Under the pieces are notes generated by a model. The model saw nothing but the letters and a program-made list of their open reading frames with translations. It did not search any database and was not told the origin of the DNA. The translations under genes were made by a program, and so were the position numbers. DNA of 51,209 nucleotides from Escherichia phage BubbaBully: sequence record OR896831.1, one strand, 5' to 3'. This document shows positions 19,632 through 29,040 of this stretch, piece after piece; position 1 is the stretch's first letter; each line of letters starts with the position of its first letter.

Positions 19632-19866
19632 TAAGACCAGACCACGAAACAGTATTCCCGCTAACGTTTATTGTTGGCGCTCCCCAATTAACGCCAGCCC
19701 ACGTCTGCGTTCCAATATATCCAGCCTTTAATGTCTTGCCTGGCGGCTGATTGTAATATGTCTTGCTTCCTGATGGTTGTGTGAATCTATCCAAGAAGAA
19801 TACAGGAGTTAATAAACCAGTAACATCCCTTCCTTGTTCGTCGTAAATTGCGTAACCGTATGCCAT
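19591..19866 (-). CDS. hypothetical protein (possible N-terminal part of the same protein)
   Basis: 91-aa ORF translationally coupled (TAATG) to the Cor-like gene; ends just after a (TA)5 tract. Confidence 0.45.
   Translation of the reverse strand: MAYGYAIYDEQGRDVTGLLTPVFFLDRFTQPSGSKTYYNQPPGKTLKAGYIGTQTWAGVNWGAPTINVSGNTVSWSGLNAGESRYIYTFWG
19605..19614. repeat. (TA)5 dinucleotide tract at the frame junction of the two ORFs
   Basis: TATATATATA lies in the 41-bp overlap of ORFs 19591-19866 and 18975-19631. Confidence 0.6.
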
Positions 19867-20132
19867 TATTTACACCTCACATCATAGAAATATTCTGATG
19901 GTTGCCACCTGTTAACAAAGCGAACGCTTTTATTATCAGCGCTCATGCGGTATTGCTTTTGACCGAATCGGTTTTCGCGAACGCCGCTAATATTTACTTC
20001 ATAAGCGCCAGCGACGACAAAGGTCTTTATGTCGTATTTCGCCGTGCATTCGACCTCTCTGAAATTTCCCGTCGCAGGTGCGCCGCAACTGCTCAGGAGT
20101 GCCGCGGCGATTAAAGCCGCAAATCTTTTCAT
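19866..20132 (-). CDS. cor: outer-membrane lipoprotein, Cor/Llp-like superinfection exclusion candidate
   Basis: 88 aa with lipoprotein signal and lipobox (LLSSC); first gene of the leftward unit next to receptor-binding-like ORFs. Confidence 0.55.
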   Translation of the reverse strand: MKRFAALIAAALLSSCGAPATGNFREVECTAKYDIKTFVVAGAYEVNISGVRENRFGQKQYRMSADNKSVRFVNRWQPSEYFYDVRCK

Positions 20133-20564
20133 AATTAATTCCTCGCTTCATTAGTGAGTAATAACAATACCATAAATGGAGATTATTTCACAACCAAAAT
20201 CATCTTTGTTCTTTTTGTTTCTCGTTGTTCACGACAGCACCCACCGTAGAATCGCGCAACGTTTTAGAACAGAAAAAACAAAATAAATCATCTATAATAT
20301 ATAATAAAATCAATAGTTTAGTTTATATGTATTTGTATATTGTTATTTATTGTTTCCACTGTTTCAGTGTTAATTGATGTATTGGCTTGCTTTCGTCTGG
20401 ATATCTCTATTAGCCATTTTATGTGTGTATTTGTACAAACCCCACCGCAAATCCGTGAACAATGAAACAGAAAATAACGACGTTTAAAATCATGCACTTA
20501 AGCGCTGATTTTGTTATCTAGGTGGAAAGATGCGTTTCGAGAACAGAAAAAACAATTGATGGTA

Positions 20565-20592
20565 TTGACTAAACGCCATAAATGGCTACAAT
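20565..20592 (+). promoter_or_regulatory. canonical sigma70-like promoter (TTGACT-16-TACAAT) for recombination operon
   Basis: Near-consensus hexamers preceded by an A-tract; about 30 nt upstream of the exonuclease RBS. Confidence 0.55.
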
Positions 20593-20622
20593 GCACGTAT
20601 ACCAACACACAGGAGTAAGAAA

Positions 20623-21681
20623 ATGAGTGAGTTTAAGGTTTTCACGAGCGCAGAAATGCCGAACAGTGTTTATCACGATCCGAATAGTTGGACTGCTGAG
20701 TACACAAGCGGATCGAATCTGGCTGAGGTTTTCCAATCCTCCCCTGCTTCCTGGAAATTCAAGGAGCGAGACGAAAACGCAAAGCCTCTTGTTTTCGGCA
20801 CGCAGTCGCACACTAATTTTGAGAGCAAGGCACTTTTTGAGGCGCAATATCGCAGAGCGCCAGCGCCGGAGGACTTCAAGGATCTGATTACCAGCCAAAC
20901 GGCTCTCGCTGCGAAATTGAAATCTTTCGGCCTGAAAGGTACAAGCGGGAAGCAATATCCAGAACTGATCAAGATGATGGTTGATTGCGGTGAAGATTTG
21001 CAGGTGCAATGGCTAATAGAAATGATCGCAGAGGCCGAAGCGCGTGCGTCTGGAGTCGAGCTTATCAACGCGAAAGATTACGATGCTTGCGTAGCGATGC
21101 GCCAGGTTCTTGAGTCGATACCAGAGCATAACGCGTGCATGAATAGCCCAACCGCTCAGAGAGAGCTTTCGATTTTCGGCGTTATCAATGGCGTTAAGGT
21201 TAAAGTACGACTTGATCACATTGACGAATGCGAGAATGTAGAGTTTACGCTTATTACTGGCTATGACGACAAAGGGCAGCCGATTTGTGAGGATGTTGTT
21301 TATCCTGATGCGATTGTTATCACGGACTACAAGACCACAATGAGCGCAAATCCTCTAGAATTTGAGCGCCTGGCCTTTAATCACGGCTACTATCTGAAAA
21401 TGTCATTGCAGCACGATCTATTCCGCAAGGCTTACCCTAACGAGAAGCGGCCTGTGGTTGTTAGACTGCTGGCTCAGGAGAAGAAAAAGCCTTACCTTCC
21501 GCTTGCGTACCGCATGAACAGCGAGCAACTCAAGATCGGGCGCATTCAGTACATGAGCGTGATCAATCAGTTTGCAATGTGCCAGGCGCATAACATCTGG
21601 CCTTCATACGCAAACGGAGCGCCGGAGGTTTCGCTTACTACTCCTGATTGGGTGCGCCGCCAATACAAAGAATTTCTGTAA
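20623..21681 (+). CDS. PD-(D/E)XK recombination exonuclease (RecE / lambda Exo-like)
   Basis: 352 aa; D...E.K-type motif (VITDYKTT); adjacent to annealing protein and SSB genes. Confidence 0.55.
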   Translation: MSEFKVFTSAEMPNSVYHDPNSWTAEYTSGSNLAEVFQSSPASWKFKERDENAKPLVFGTQSHTNFESKALFEAQYRRAPAPEDFKDLITSQTALAAKLKSFGLKGTSGKQYPELIKMMVDCGEDLQVQWLIEMIAEAEARASGVELINAKDYDACVAMRQVLESIPEHNACMNSPTAQRELSIFGVINGVKVKVRLDHIDECENVEFTLITGYDDKGQPICEDVVYPDAIVITDYKTTMSANPLEFERLAFNHGYYLKMSLQHDLFRKAYPNEKRPVVVRLLAQEKKKPYLPLAYRMNSEQLKIGRIQYMSVINQFAMCQAHNIWPSYANGAPEVSLTTPDWVRRQYKEFL

Positions 21682-21724
21682 ACAGCACAAATAGCTAAAC
21701 AAATGAAAATGGAGGTGTTATAAT
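21682..21724 (+). promoter_or_regulatory. degenerate box promoter with extended -10 inside a hairpin loop
   Basis: ACAGCACAAATAGCTAAAC matches the box at 15 of 19 positions; TGtTATAAT 21716-21724 lies in the loop of ATGGAGG/CCTCCAT (21709-21732). Confidence 0.45.
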
Positions 21725-21758
21725 GCCTCCATCAAGTAAACAAAGAGAGGGTTTTAAA

Positions 21759-22052
21759 ATGGATCGTATCACTAATGAAGAAATGATTAGCGCAGTCTGC
21801 GAAGCACATATGCGTATTTTTGTTCAGCGAATCACTTTCGCGATGAAGGATTTCGTTAAGCCGCTGAATCCGGCAGACGGAGAGGAAGAAATGAAATACA
21901 TCCGTGACGTTATGGAATCTGTTGATAACGTTGTAGCGACTGCGCTGATGGTCAAAGAGGATCCAGAAGCAATCAAGATGATGAAGGAATCCACCGATAA
22001 GCTGATCAATCAGCTTATCGAGATCCACAACGGCGGCGAAGTAAAACACTAA
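21759..22052 (+). CDS. hypothetical protein
   Basis: Start at ATG 21759 after GAGGG RBS; 97 aa. Confidence 0.5.
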   Translation: MDRITNEEMISAVCEAHMRIFVQRITFAMKDFVKPLNPADGEEEMKYIRDVMESVDNVVATALMVKEDPEAIKMMKESTDKLINQLIEIHNGGEVKH

Positions 22053-22091
22053 TCAATGACGGCGGCGAAAGCCGCCTTTAAGGAGAAAGTA

Positions 22092-22739
22092 ATGAAGTTG
22101 TCCGAAAAGTTCGACGAGATTTTGCCAGCGCTGCACAAAGCACGCAGCCAGTTTGTTAAGGTAAAGAAAGATCGCCAAAACACACACCTAAAAAACAAAT
22201 ACGCCACGCTTGACAGCGTTCTTGACGCAATCACGCCAGCATTGACTGAAAACAAATTGATGATCATGCAGGACGGCGAGCGCATCGAAAGCACAATGCG
22301 CGTTGAAACTACTGTGATCCACATTTCCGGTCAATGGGCTAAATTTTACTTTGATATACCAATCGTAAAAAACGATCCTCAAGGCGTTGGCTCCGCTTTC
22401 ACTTACGGGCGACGTTATGCGCTGGCGGCTGCTTTCGGATTAAGCCAGGCTGACGACGACGCGCAAATTGCCGTTAAGTCTGCGCAAGATTGGAAGCGCG
22501 ATCTGGATAAGTGCGAAAGTGTAGACGACCTGCAAAGCGTTCTGCGCGATGCGTGGAAGTCAAGCGACAAAGCAAATCAGGTTATCATTAAAGAGCACTA
22601 CGAGAAGCGCAAAGCTGAGATTGAGATCGGAAGCGCTCGCGGATTCAGCGCGGCGGCTCCAAAGCAAAACCTTGCCTCCAAGGTTGACGAGCCACAAAAG
22701 CAAGCTGTAGAATCACAGCCAATCACAAGTTTTGAATGA
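22092..22739 (+). CDS. single-strand annealing protein (Erf / Rad52-like)
   Basis: Start at ATG 22092 after AAGGAGAAAG RBS; sits between exonuclease and SSB; family call from recollection. Confidence 0.55.
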   Translation: MKLSEKFDEILPALHKARSQFVKVKKDRQNTHLKNKYATLDSVLDAITPALTENKLMIMQDGERIESTMRVETTVIHISGQWAKFYFDIPIVKNDPQGVGSAFTYGRRYALAAAFGLSQADDDAQIAVKSAQDWKRDLDKCESVDDLQSVLRDAWKSSDKANQVIIKEHYEKRKAEIEIGSARGFSAAAPKQNLASKVDEPQKQAVESQPITSFE

Positions 22740-22781
22740 TAACGCGGGGCGCTAGCCGCCCCAATTTTACAGGAGAAAGCA

Positions 22782-23204
22782 ATGCACATTATTACCGGAG
22801 AAATTCGAAAAGAGCCGCGAATCAAGCAGACTCAAAACGGCACGCTTTACGTAGTTGAGTTGTCAGAGCGCTACAAAGACCGTGAAGGAAACGCTCAGTA
22901 CACAAATTACACGTTTTTCTTTAATGCTCGCGCCGGATCTGAGGGTATGAAAAACTGGTATGATGAGGCGTTCCAGGTCGGCAAGGTGATCTCTGTTTCT
23001 TGCGAAGTGCTAAAGGCAGAATTGCGAGAGTATGAGGGGAAGACGTATGTCACCATGCAAGCGGCAGACTTCCCGAAACTGCTGTTTAGCCAGCGCGGAA
23101 TCGCAGCGCCACAACAGCAAAGCCAACCACGGCAGCAAAGCCAAATCCAGCCACGGCAGAGCCAAGAGCCGCCAATCGACTTTGACGACGATATCCCATT
23201 CTAA
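22782..23204 (+). CDS. ssb: single-stranded DNA-binding protein
   Basis: 140 aa; Q/P-rich linker and acidic C-terminal tail DFDDDIPF typical of SSB. Confidence 0.75.
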   Translation: MHIITGEIRKEPRIKQTQNGTLYVVELSERYKDREGNAQYTNYTFFFNARAGSEGMKNWYDEAFQVGKVISVSCEVLKAELREYEGKTYVTMQAADFPKLLFSQRGIAAPQQQSQPRQQSQIQPRQSQEPPIDFDDDIPF

Positions 23205-23210
23205 AAATAA

Positions 23211-23233
23211 AGGAGCCTTTCGGCTCCTTTTTT
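23211..23233. terminator. bidirectional terminator hairpin
   Basis: AGGAGCC-tttc-GGCTCCT flanked by A-run and T-run at a convergent junction. Confidence 0.6.
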
Positions 23234-23483
23234 ATTTTGCTTGTTCTGTAATTCCGAGAAATGCGATCACCTTAACCGCAAGGCGCTCGGCTAGCTCTCG
23301 CTGCTTTGCGCTCAAGTCTCCAGTTGTCATTATTGACAGCATACCGCCAACACCGCCAAGAGCTTTAAGATCTGACATTGCTGACTTTAGAATGTCAGTT
23401 TTGCTATAGCCATCATCGGCAATCTTACGCGCTCGCGCTGATAGGTGATCCACAACGTTTGTTACTCCATCTGATCTTGTCAT
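23232..23483 (-). CDS. hypothetical protein
   Basis: 83-aa ORF, last gene of leftward unit. Confidence 0.45.
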   Translation of the reverse strand: MTRSDGVTNVVDHLSARARKIADDGYSKTDILKSAMSDLKALGGVGGMLSIMTTGDLSAKQRELAERLAVKVIAFLGITEQAK

Positions 23484-23993
23484 TTATTTTTCCTCTCTCT
23501 TTTCCTGTTTTGGTTCCGGCGATATTTCCGGCGTTTGGTTTTGAGTTGCCATATTAGGCCACGGGCTGATACTTTCCCTTTCAGTGACAGACCGCTCAGG
23601 CTCCAAGCCGAGGAATTTACCTACAAACTCGCTAACAAAATTCGATCCGTCGCTGACATAAACATGCATTCTGTCAAGGTCTGCGGCTGTAACTGCGTGC
23701 TGGGCGATCATAATTCTCTGCTGGTGGAATCCGATATACATCACATTTACAGGGCGCTCAAGCGTGCCAGGAGCCGGAGCAATAACACCCATAATCCAGC
23801 AGTAATGGATTTTCCCATCGCCTAGCGGCTCGCATCCGGCATTCAGCCAGCTAACCTTTTGATGTGGAAACATCATTGACGCATCGGTAGCATCACGGCG
23901 AAGACTCCATGTTACACCGCCGATGTTGATGCTGTTTTTCGGGCGCATACCGTTGAACTGAGTCACGCCAACGCCATTGCTAATGCTTTGCAT
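23484..23993 (-). CDS. hypothetical protein
   Basis: 169-aa ORF in leftward unit downstream of tail fibre gene. Confidence 0.5.
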   Translation of the reverse strand: MQSISNGVGVTQFNGMRPKNSINIGGVTWSLRRDATDASMMFPHQKVSWLNAGCEPLGDGKIHYCWIMGVIAPAPGTLERPVNVMYIGFHQQRIMIAQHAVTAADLDRMHVYVSDGSNFVSEFVGKFLGLEPERSVTERESISPWPNMATQNQTPEISPEPKQEKREEK

Positions 23994-24006
23994 ATCGGAT
24001 CACCTC

Positions 24007-24339
24007 TTACATTTCTTTCATCTTTTCAAGCGCAACGATACAAGCGGCGGCTAATTCCTCCATCTCTTTCCGTATGTCGGATTTTGAGCCGGAGGCTTTT
24101 TTCTCCATTAGCTCTTTGTACTCCATTTCAACAATTTGCATCATCCCATCTGGCTTACCCATATGAGCCGCCCAAGTTTGAGGCTTATTGTCGATTTTTT
24201 CCATTACATGAGCTATAGGAGAGTCGCCGTAATAACTATCGCGCTTGTGCTTCACACTTCTGCTTTCATCATCACCGCCAATGTGAATGCGCGGCAAATG
24301 AATCTTAGGCATGTGGTAGCCAGCAATTACAATTCTCAT
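24007..24339 (-). CDS. hypothetical protein
   Basis: 110-aa ORF with RBS AGAGGTG. Confidence 0.5.
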   Translation of the reverse strand: MRIVIAGYHMPKIHLPRIHIGGDDESRSVKHKRDSYYGDSPIAHVMEKIDNKPQTWAAHMGKPDGMMQIVEMEYKELMEKKASGSKSDIRKEMEELAAACIVALEKMKEM

Positions 24340-24380
24340 TTCGCACCTCTTGAGTTAGCGCCCCTTTCGGGGCGCTTTTG

Positions 24381-25082
24381 TTATGCAACCGGAGGAGTTG
24401 CAGGAGTTGGGAGCTTGAAGTTGACAAGCTGGTAGATCTGCCCGATCTGGTTGGTCAATGCGGCAGTCTGCGCAAGCTGGCTGTTTTCAAACTCTTTAGC
24501 GCGAAGCTGATCCTTCAGGTCGCAGATCAGAGTTGCCTGCTGCTGTGCGAACTGGTCGCGGATCAGAGCGCGGGTTGCTTCCGCTTCCGTAGCAATAGTG
24601 CGATTAGTCTCGCAGCAACAAGCCTGATCACGAAGTTGTGCCTCGTAAGCCAAGCGTTGAGCCTCGTAGGACTGCGCACATATCGCATTGCCGATGGTGT
24701 TAACGCCGGAGGTGATCGCGGTGTTCACACCAGCGAAGCCCTGGACGCTAGCCAGGAGGTTTTGCGTGTTCTGGCTTGTCAAGCCGTTGAAGGTTGACGC
24801 AGCAGAGCGCTCAATGGTCAGGTTAGTGCCGTTCTGCCCCTGAATGGTTTGCAATCCGATGTTGTTTACGCTGGTTTGCAGGTTATTGATCCCATCAAGT
24901 ACGGCGTTAGCACCGACTGCAACAGCCGCGCCGTCACCGTAGCCATAACCAGGGCCGAATCCACGACCGCCGAAGCCGTTACCGAACCATGAACCTAACA
25001 GGCCACCTACAGCACCGCCAAGACCAGCCGCGCCAGCCTCGCCGCCCATACCGCTAGTTGGTAATAGAGTCATATCAGACAT
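24381..25082 (-). CDS. glycine-rich hypothetical protein
   Basis: 233 aa; Gly-rich N-terminal third, Gln-rich C-terminal part; downstream of tail fibre gene. Confidence 0.5.
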   Translation of the reverse strand: MSDMTLLPTSGMGGEAGAAGLGGAVGGLLGSWFGNGFGGRGFGPGYGYGDGAAVAVGANAVLDGINNLQTSVNNIGLQTIQGQNGTNLTIERSAASTFNGLTSQNTQNLLASVQGFAGVNTAITSGVNTIGNAICAQSYEAQRLAYEAQLRDQACCCETNRTIATEAEATRALIRDQFAQQQATLICDLKDQLRAKEFENSQLAQTAALTNQIGQIYQLVNFKLPTPATPPVA

Positions 25083-25217
25083 TTTTGTTTCCTCTTTGTT
25101 GTTACGTAGCCCCTCGCTACAAACTCAATTCTACGCCGATAAAAACTATTGACAACGAAAGAAAGGTATGGTTACGCATTGCTTTGTACTGTCATGTGAA
25201 TATATGTAAGCGGCAAC

Positions 25218-25242
25218 AAAAAAGCGCAGCCGTAGCCGCGCT
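25218..25242 (-). terminator. terminator-like hairpin after tail fibre gene
   Basis: Imperfect GC-rich stem followed by a U-run on the - strand. Confidence 0.45.
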
Positions 25243-25253
25243 TTGTGGTTAGT

Positions 25254-27392
25254 TTACTGCAACGCTTTGATTAGCAATTTAAGATCTTCAATCTCTGCTT
25301 TCAGGTTGTCGATCTCCTCTTGTTGCTTGTTAACTATCTCCTTTTGCTCTTTGAATGCGTTAACCAAAAGTGCAACAACGCCGTTATAGTTAACACCTTT
25401 AATTGCCTCTCCTTTTGGATCTGGCTCTCCATCGTTATTCAAAGAATGAACCGCTTCCGGTAAAACTCTTTCAACATCTTGCGCTATCAGTCCAGCCTCA
25501 ATACTATAAACGCTGTTTTCATCTTCAATCAGATTGTTTCGTTTGTAGTAAGTGTAACCAGTTAGATAGTCAATTTTGTCGGATGCCGTTTCGATCTCTT
25601 TTAGATTTGCTTTCATCCTTATGTCAGATGTGCTAACCCATTGGTTACAAACTGCACCTCCAGCGTTATTGAAAATGAAGTCTGCACCCTTTACATAAAG
25701 GTGAGTTTCAGCGCCGCCAGCAGACCAGTTAACACAATCCAATCCGGTGATCCAATCGTGACCCCAATGAACAGCCTTAAAAATACTTATTGCAGCATCA
25801 TGTGACGGAATTTCGCACAAAACACCAGTCGCCCTATCACGCCAAGCTGAAAAACTACCAGCTTGCAACTTACCACCAATAAAAAATGAACCAGAACCAG
25901 TCCTAGTACCTTCAACATACGCAAAGCGAGTGTTTTCCGGCGCATATGATGTAATTGGCTTGTATGCCGCAAGTTGCTCTGGAGTCCACGCTATAATATT
26001 TTGACCGTCAGAAACAGCCTGGATAACTCCGTCACTACTCCACCTTAAACCGCTATCGCTATCGCCAATCGCAATCGCATTTGCACCAAGCACATGATCA
26101 GACATGCCTATAGCTAGAGATGAAAAGTTTGAAAGATATCCGCGCTCATCTATCTGCAAATAACTATTACCCCCTCCAGGCCTGAATGTATGAATTGTTG
26201 TTTTAGACAACCCACCTTTGATCTCGTTATAAATTCTAGAGTTTGAAACATCGTTTCCGTTTGCATGTCTATTTGTAAGGTAAATTAAACCAGAGTTAGC
26301 ACCATTCTTTTCAATAAGATGCACGCCCCTAAAAACAGGAATATCAGCCTCACCAATGCCAAAATTGTTTCTTGCTTGACTTATGTTTGTTGCACCAGTT
26401 CCGCCCTGTTGAACACCAAGAGGAATAAACTGTTGCGATGCGGTATTCCAGTAACCCCAACCATCGTTACCAACTGTAAGGTATTTGATCTTATCCGGCG
26501 AATGAATAAACGTTTCACCATCGCCCTGATTAAATCGGTCAACCTTCAACGCCTCCCTTGCAAGGTCTTTGTTTGCAAGATCATTAAGGTTTTGATCTTT
26601 ATGCAGAAGATTTTCAGGCTGTACCTGTTGCACCAATTGGCGAGCTTCATCACGCGCAGTTTCAGCACCAGACTTTGCGTTATTGGCATCAGCGGCATGA
26701 TTTCCAGCCGCATCACGCGCCAATTCAGCCTGATCGCGAGCGCCGAAAGCCTCTTGCTTAATGGCTTCCGTTTCGGTTACGGCTGAATCTTTAATCTGTT
26801 CTGTTTGCGCCTTTATTGCGTCAGTATCTGCCTTAATCTGGTTTGTTTCAGCGACAGCAGAATCCTTTATCTGTTCTGTTTGCGCCTTTATTGCGTCAGT
26901 ATCTGCCTTAATCTGGTTTGTTTCAGCGACAGCAGAATCCTTTATCTGTTGAGTGTCGTTTTTAAGTTGTTCAGTTGCAGCGAGATTGGCGGCTGTTTTT
27001 TCTGCATCACCTTTAACCTGGTTAACCAAATCCTGCAAAGCTTTCAGGTCAAAGTTTTTGAAAAATTCAATAGCTTCCTCGATCTGAGTCTCTTTGCTTT
27101 GATAGTAGCGCAGAGTTTCCGCAACATCTTGCGCGAGGCCATCAACCGTGATTGAGTCATGCAGCAAAATGATGTAATTGCTTCGCCCAATTTCAGCGCC
27201 GCCAGTTGTGATGGCGCGGATTTGTGTGTCACTGATAACTTCACTGATCACAGCCGCTTGAAAAGGAGCATCAATAAAAAAGATTGTTGCACCAGGGCGG
27301 ATTAGTGAAAGTTGCTCACGCCATTTTGTATCATATCCGGTGATGTATCCTTGAGCGTCCATAGACGCTTGACCCTTGCGGTAAATAGCCAT
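25254..27392 (-). CDS. tail fibre protein with C-terminal intramolecular chaperone (peptidase S74-like)
   Basis: 712 aa; C-terminal SDIRMK...YNGVVALLVNAFKEQ chaperone-type segment; internal 25-aa tandem repeats. Confidence 0.8.
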   Translation of the reverse strand: MAIYRKGQASMDAQGYITGYDTKWREQLSLIRPGATIFFIDAPFQAAVISEVISDTQIRAITTGGAEIGRSNYIILLHDSITVDGLAQDVAETLRYYQSKETQIEEAIEFFKNFDLKALQDLVNQVKGDAEKTAANLAATEQLKNDTQQIKDSAVAETNQIKADTDAIKAQTEQIKDSAVAETNQIKADTDAIKAQTEQIKDSAVTETEAIKQEAFGARDQAELARDAAGNHAADANNAKSGAETARDEARQLVQQVQPENLLHKDQNLNDLANKDLAREALKVDRFNQGDGETFIHSPDKIKYLTVGNDGWGYWNTASQQFIPLGVQQGGTGATNISQARNNFGIGEADIPVFRGVHLIEKNGANSGLIYLTNRHANGNDVSNSRIYNEIKGGLSKTTIHTFRPGGGNSYLQIDERGYLSNFSSLAIGMSDHVLGANAIAIGDSDSGLRWSSDGVIQAVSDGQNIIAWTPEQLAAYKPITSYAPENTRFAYVEGTRTGSGSFFIGGKLQAGSFSAWRDRATGVLCEIPSHDAAISIFKAVHWGHDWITGLDCVNWSAGGAETHLYVKGADFIFNNAGGAVCNQWVSTSDIRMKANLKEIETASDKIDYLTGYTYYKRNNLIEDENSVYSIEAGLIAQDVERVLPEAVHSLNNDGEPDPKGEAIKGVNYNGVVALLVNAFKEQKEIVNKQQEEIDNLKAEIEDLKLLIKALQ
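26782..26949. repeat. 75-bp tandem direct repeat (about 2.2 copies) inside tail fibre gene
   Basis: Near-identical 75-nt units in phase with the reading frame, encoding TEQIKDSAVAETNQIKADTDAIKAQ repeats. Confidence 0.8.
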
Positions 27393-27458
27393 ATTTAAAT
27401 TCTCCTAAATATCACGTTTTGTTAATGACAAGCTGGATTATAGCATTGCGCAAGGCAT

Positions 27459-27481
27459 AAAAAAACCCCGCCGTAGCGGGG
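27459..27481 (-). terminator. intrinsic terminator after primase gene
   Basis: CCCCGC-cgta-GCGGGG preceded on + strand by A7 (U-run on - strand). Confidence 0.6.
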
Positions 27482-27496
27482 CAAGAAAGCAATGGT

Positions 27497-28453
27497 TTAC
27501 CGTGTCGGGAGTAAAGTTTCCGGCTTGTAAAGCTTTCGCTCTATCCCTTGCCGGAAATTATCGTTAATGGGGAGCATCACGTCAAGCCCTCTCTCCTCAG
27601 CGGCGATTATTACATCCTGATCGGTTGACTTACACACCACGCGCATCTTGCGATCTCCTTTGTATCGGTGCGCAACAATCTCAACGTTATAACTTGAGAA
27701 GCAAGCCCACACCTCTTGGCCTGTAGACAGGTGTATGTGTTGAGCATCGACCCAATCAACGCACAGATAGATCGTGTTGTCAGTCTTACCAGTCACCGCA
27801 ACAGAGCCTCGCGTATAGTCCTTTGCATAAAAAATCTTCTCTCCTAACTCGTCAATCATGAGGATGTTACACATTTCATCATCAAGACCATCGTCATTCA
27901 CGAGGTAGCAAGGGATTGCGTGAATAAGCGACTCTCCGCCATTCTCCAGCGTTTTCACGCCTACAGAGTACATTTCATCATCTGGCGGCGCGATGCCCTC
28001 AAAAACGCTTAGGGGAGTTTTAGGCACGCCTTTCGTTCTTTCCATTACTGCAACACAGTTTTCATGCGGAGCCTGTGAACCGAAAGAGTAACCTGATGCG
28101 CGGGAGGCTCGCTTGTTTGCCTTGACTATATACTCCTGCGGAACCTTTCCGAGAAAGCGGCCTAAAATGTTGATACACTCGCTATAAGGCTCACCAGTTA
28201 GCTTCATTAACCAGCCAATGCCGCTATCATTTCCGCAACCGTTGCACACTGCGCCTCCGTCGCCGTCAGTGCTAAGTTTGTCAGTCCAACGGAATCGGTC
28301 TTTCCCTCCGCAATGAGGGCATGGCTGGTGTTTCTTGTTGAAAACGTCATTACTCAAACCGCAAATGCTTTGAAGCGCATCGCGCCACATTCCTTTCATG
28401 TACGGCAATACATCCTCTTTCTGAAACATCATGTTTGGGTGTACTTCTTGCAT
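27497..28453 (-). CDS. DNA primase (zinc-ribbon type)
   Basis: CPHCGGKDRFRW...CNGCG zinc-binding motif; start set at ATG 28453 with GGAGA RBS (track ORF uses TTG at 28465). Confidence 0.6.
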   Translation of the reverse strand: MQEVHPNMMFQKEDVLPYMKGMWRDALQSICGLSNDVFNKKHQPCPHCGGKDRFRWTDKLSTDGDGGAVCNGCGNDSGIGWLMKLTGEPYSECINILGRFLGKVPQEYIVKANKRASRASGYSFGSQAPHENCVAVMERTKGVPKTPLSVFEGIAPPDDEMYSVGVKTLENGGESLIHAIPCYLVNDDGLDDEMCNILMIDELGEKIFYAKDYTRGSVAVTGKTDNTIYLCVDWVDAQHIHLSTGQEVWACFSSYNVEIVAHRYKGDRKMRVVCKSTDQDVIIAAEERGLDVMLPINDNFRQGIERKLYKPETLLPTR

Positions 28454-28510
28454 GGCTTTCTCCAATAAAAAATCGCGTAGCCGGATGATACCAGATACGC
28501 GATCTTTGGT

Positions 28511-28951
28511 TTAGCTATTCGTGCTGTTTATGAAGTCCGACTCTTTCACGACGCGCAGCATTTCGTATCGGTCGCATTTCGTCGTTAGCGCTTTTCCGTT
28601 GGAGTCAAATCTCAGGTCAGGACGGCAGAATGAAGCTCGATATCCCTTGCAGCCGTTTCGCTTATAGTCGGCGTGAACCTTTTCGGCTCCAGAAACTGAA
28701 ATCATCCCGCGCTTGCGCCACTGCTGAATAACTTGGTGAGTAACCTTTAAACGCCTTGTCATTTCCGCCTGAGATCCGTAATATTCGCAAACGGCATCTA
28801 GACGAGCACGCAATCCGGCTTTGACTTCATCCTTTAGAACGTAGTAGCCTGTTTTGCGCTTGCGTTTTTTCTTGTCTTTACCGCGCTTTACCCCGTTGTT
28901 GCCATTGATTGTGCGCTTGTCAATTTCGCCAGTTGATGCAGCAATTTTCAT
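28511..28951 (-). CDS. putative HTH DNA-binding protein with basic N-terminus and Cys cluster
   Basis: Start at internal ATG 28951 (GGAGG RBS); track ORF N-terminus overlaps the box of the divergent promoter; HTH-like segment MTRRLKVTHQVIQQWRKRGMIS. Confidence 0.45.
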   Translation of the reverse strand: MKIAASTGEIDKRTINGNNGVKRGKDKKKRKRKTGYYVLKDEVKAGLRARLDAVCEYYGSQAEMTRRLKVTHQVIQQWRKRGMISVSGAEKVHADYKRNGCKGYRASFCRPDLRFDSNGKALTTKCDRYEMLRVVKESDFINSTNS

Positions 28952-28964
28952 ATTAAAACCTCCG

Positions 28965-29008
28965 ATAGCACTTTTTGCTAAAAACATTCAAAACGTAGGC
29001 GCTATTAT
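28965..29008 (+). promoter_or_regulatory. box promoter (box + 22-bp spacer + TATTAT) for helicase gene
   Basis: ATAGCACTTTTTGCTAAAA 28965-28983; -10 TATTAT 29003-29008; 32 nt upstream of the helicase start. Confidence 0.55.
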
Positions 29009-29040
29009 ACATTCAATCGGTTAACGAATAAAGGTTAAAA

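Noticed and set aside
26782-26949. Possible CRISPR-like repeat array
   Set aside because: Repeats are contiguous 75-bp units without spacers, lie in frame inside the tail fibre gene and encode a repeated peptide; this is a coding tandem duplication, not CRISPR
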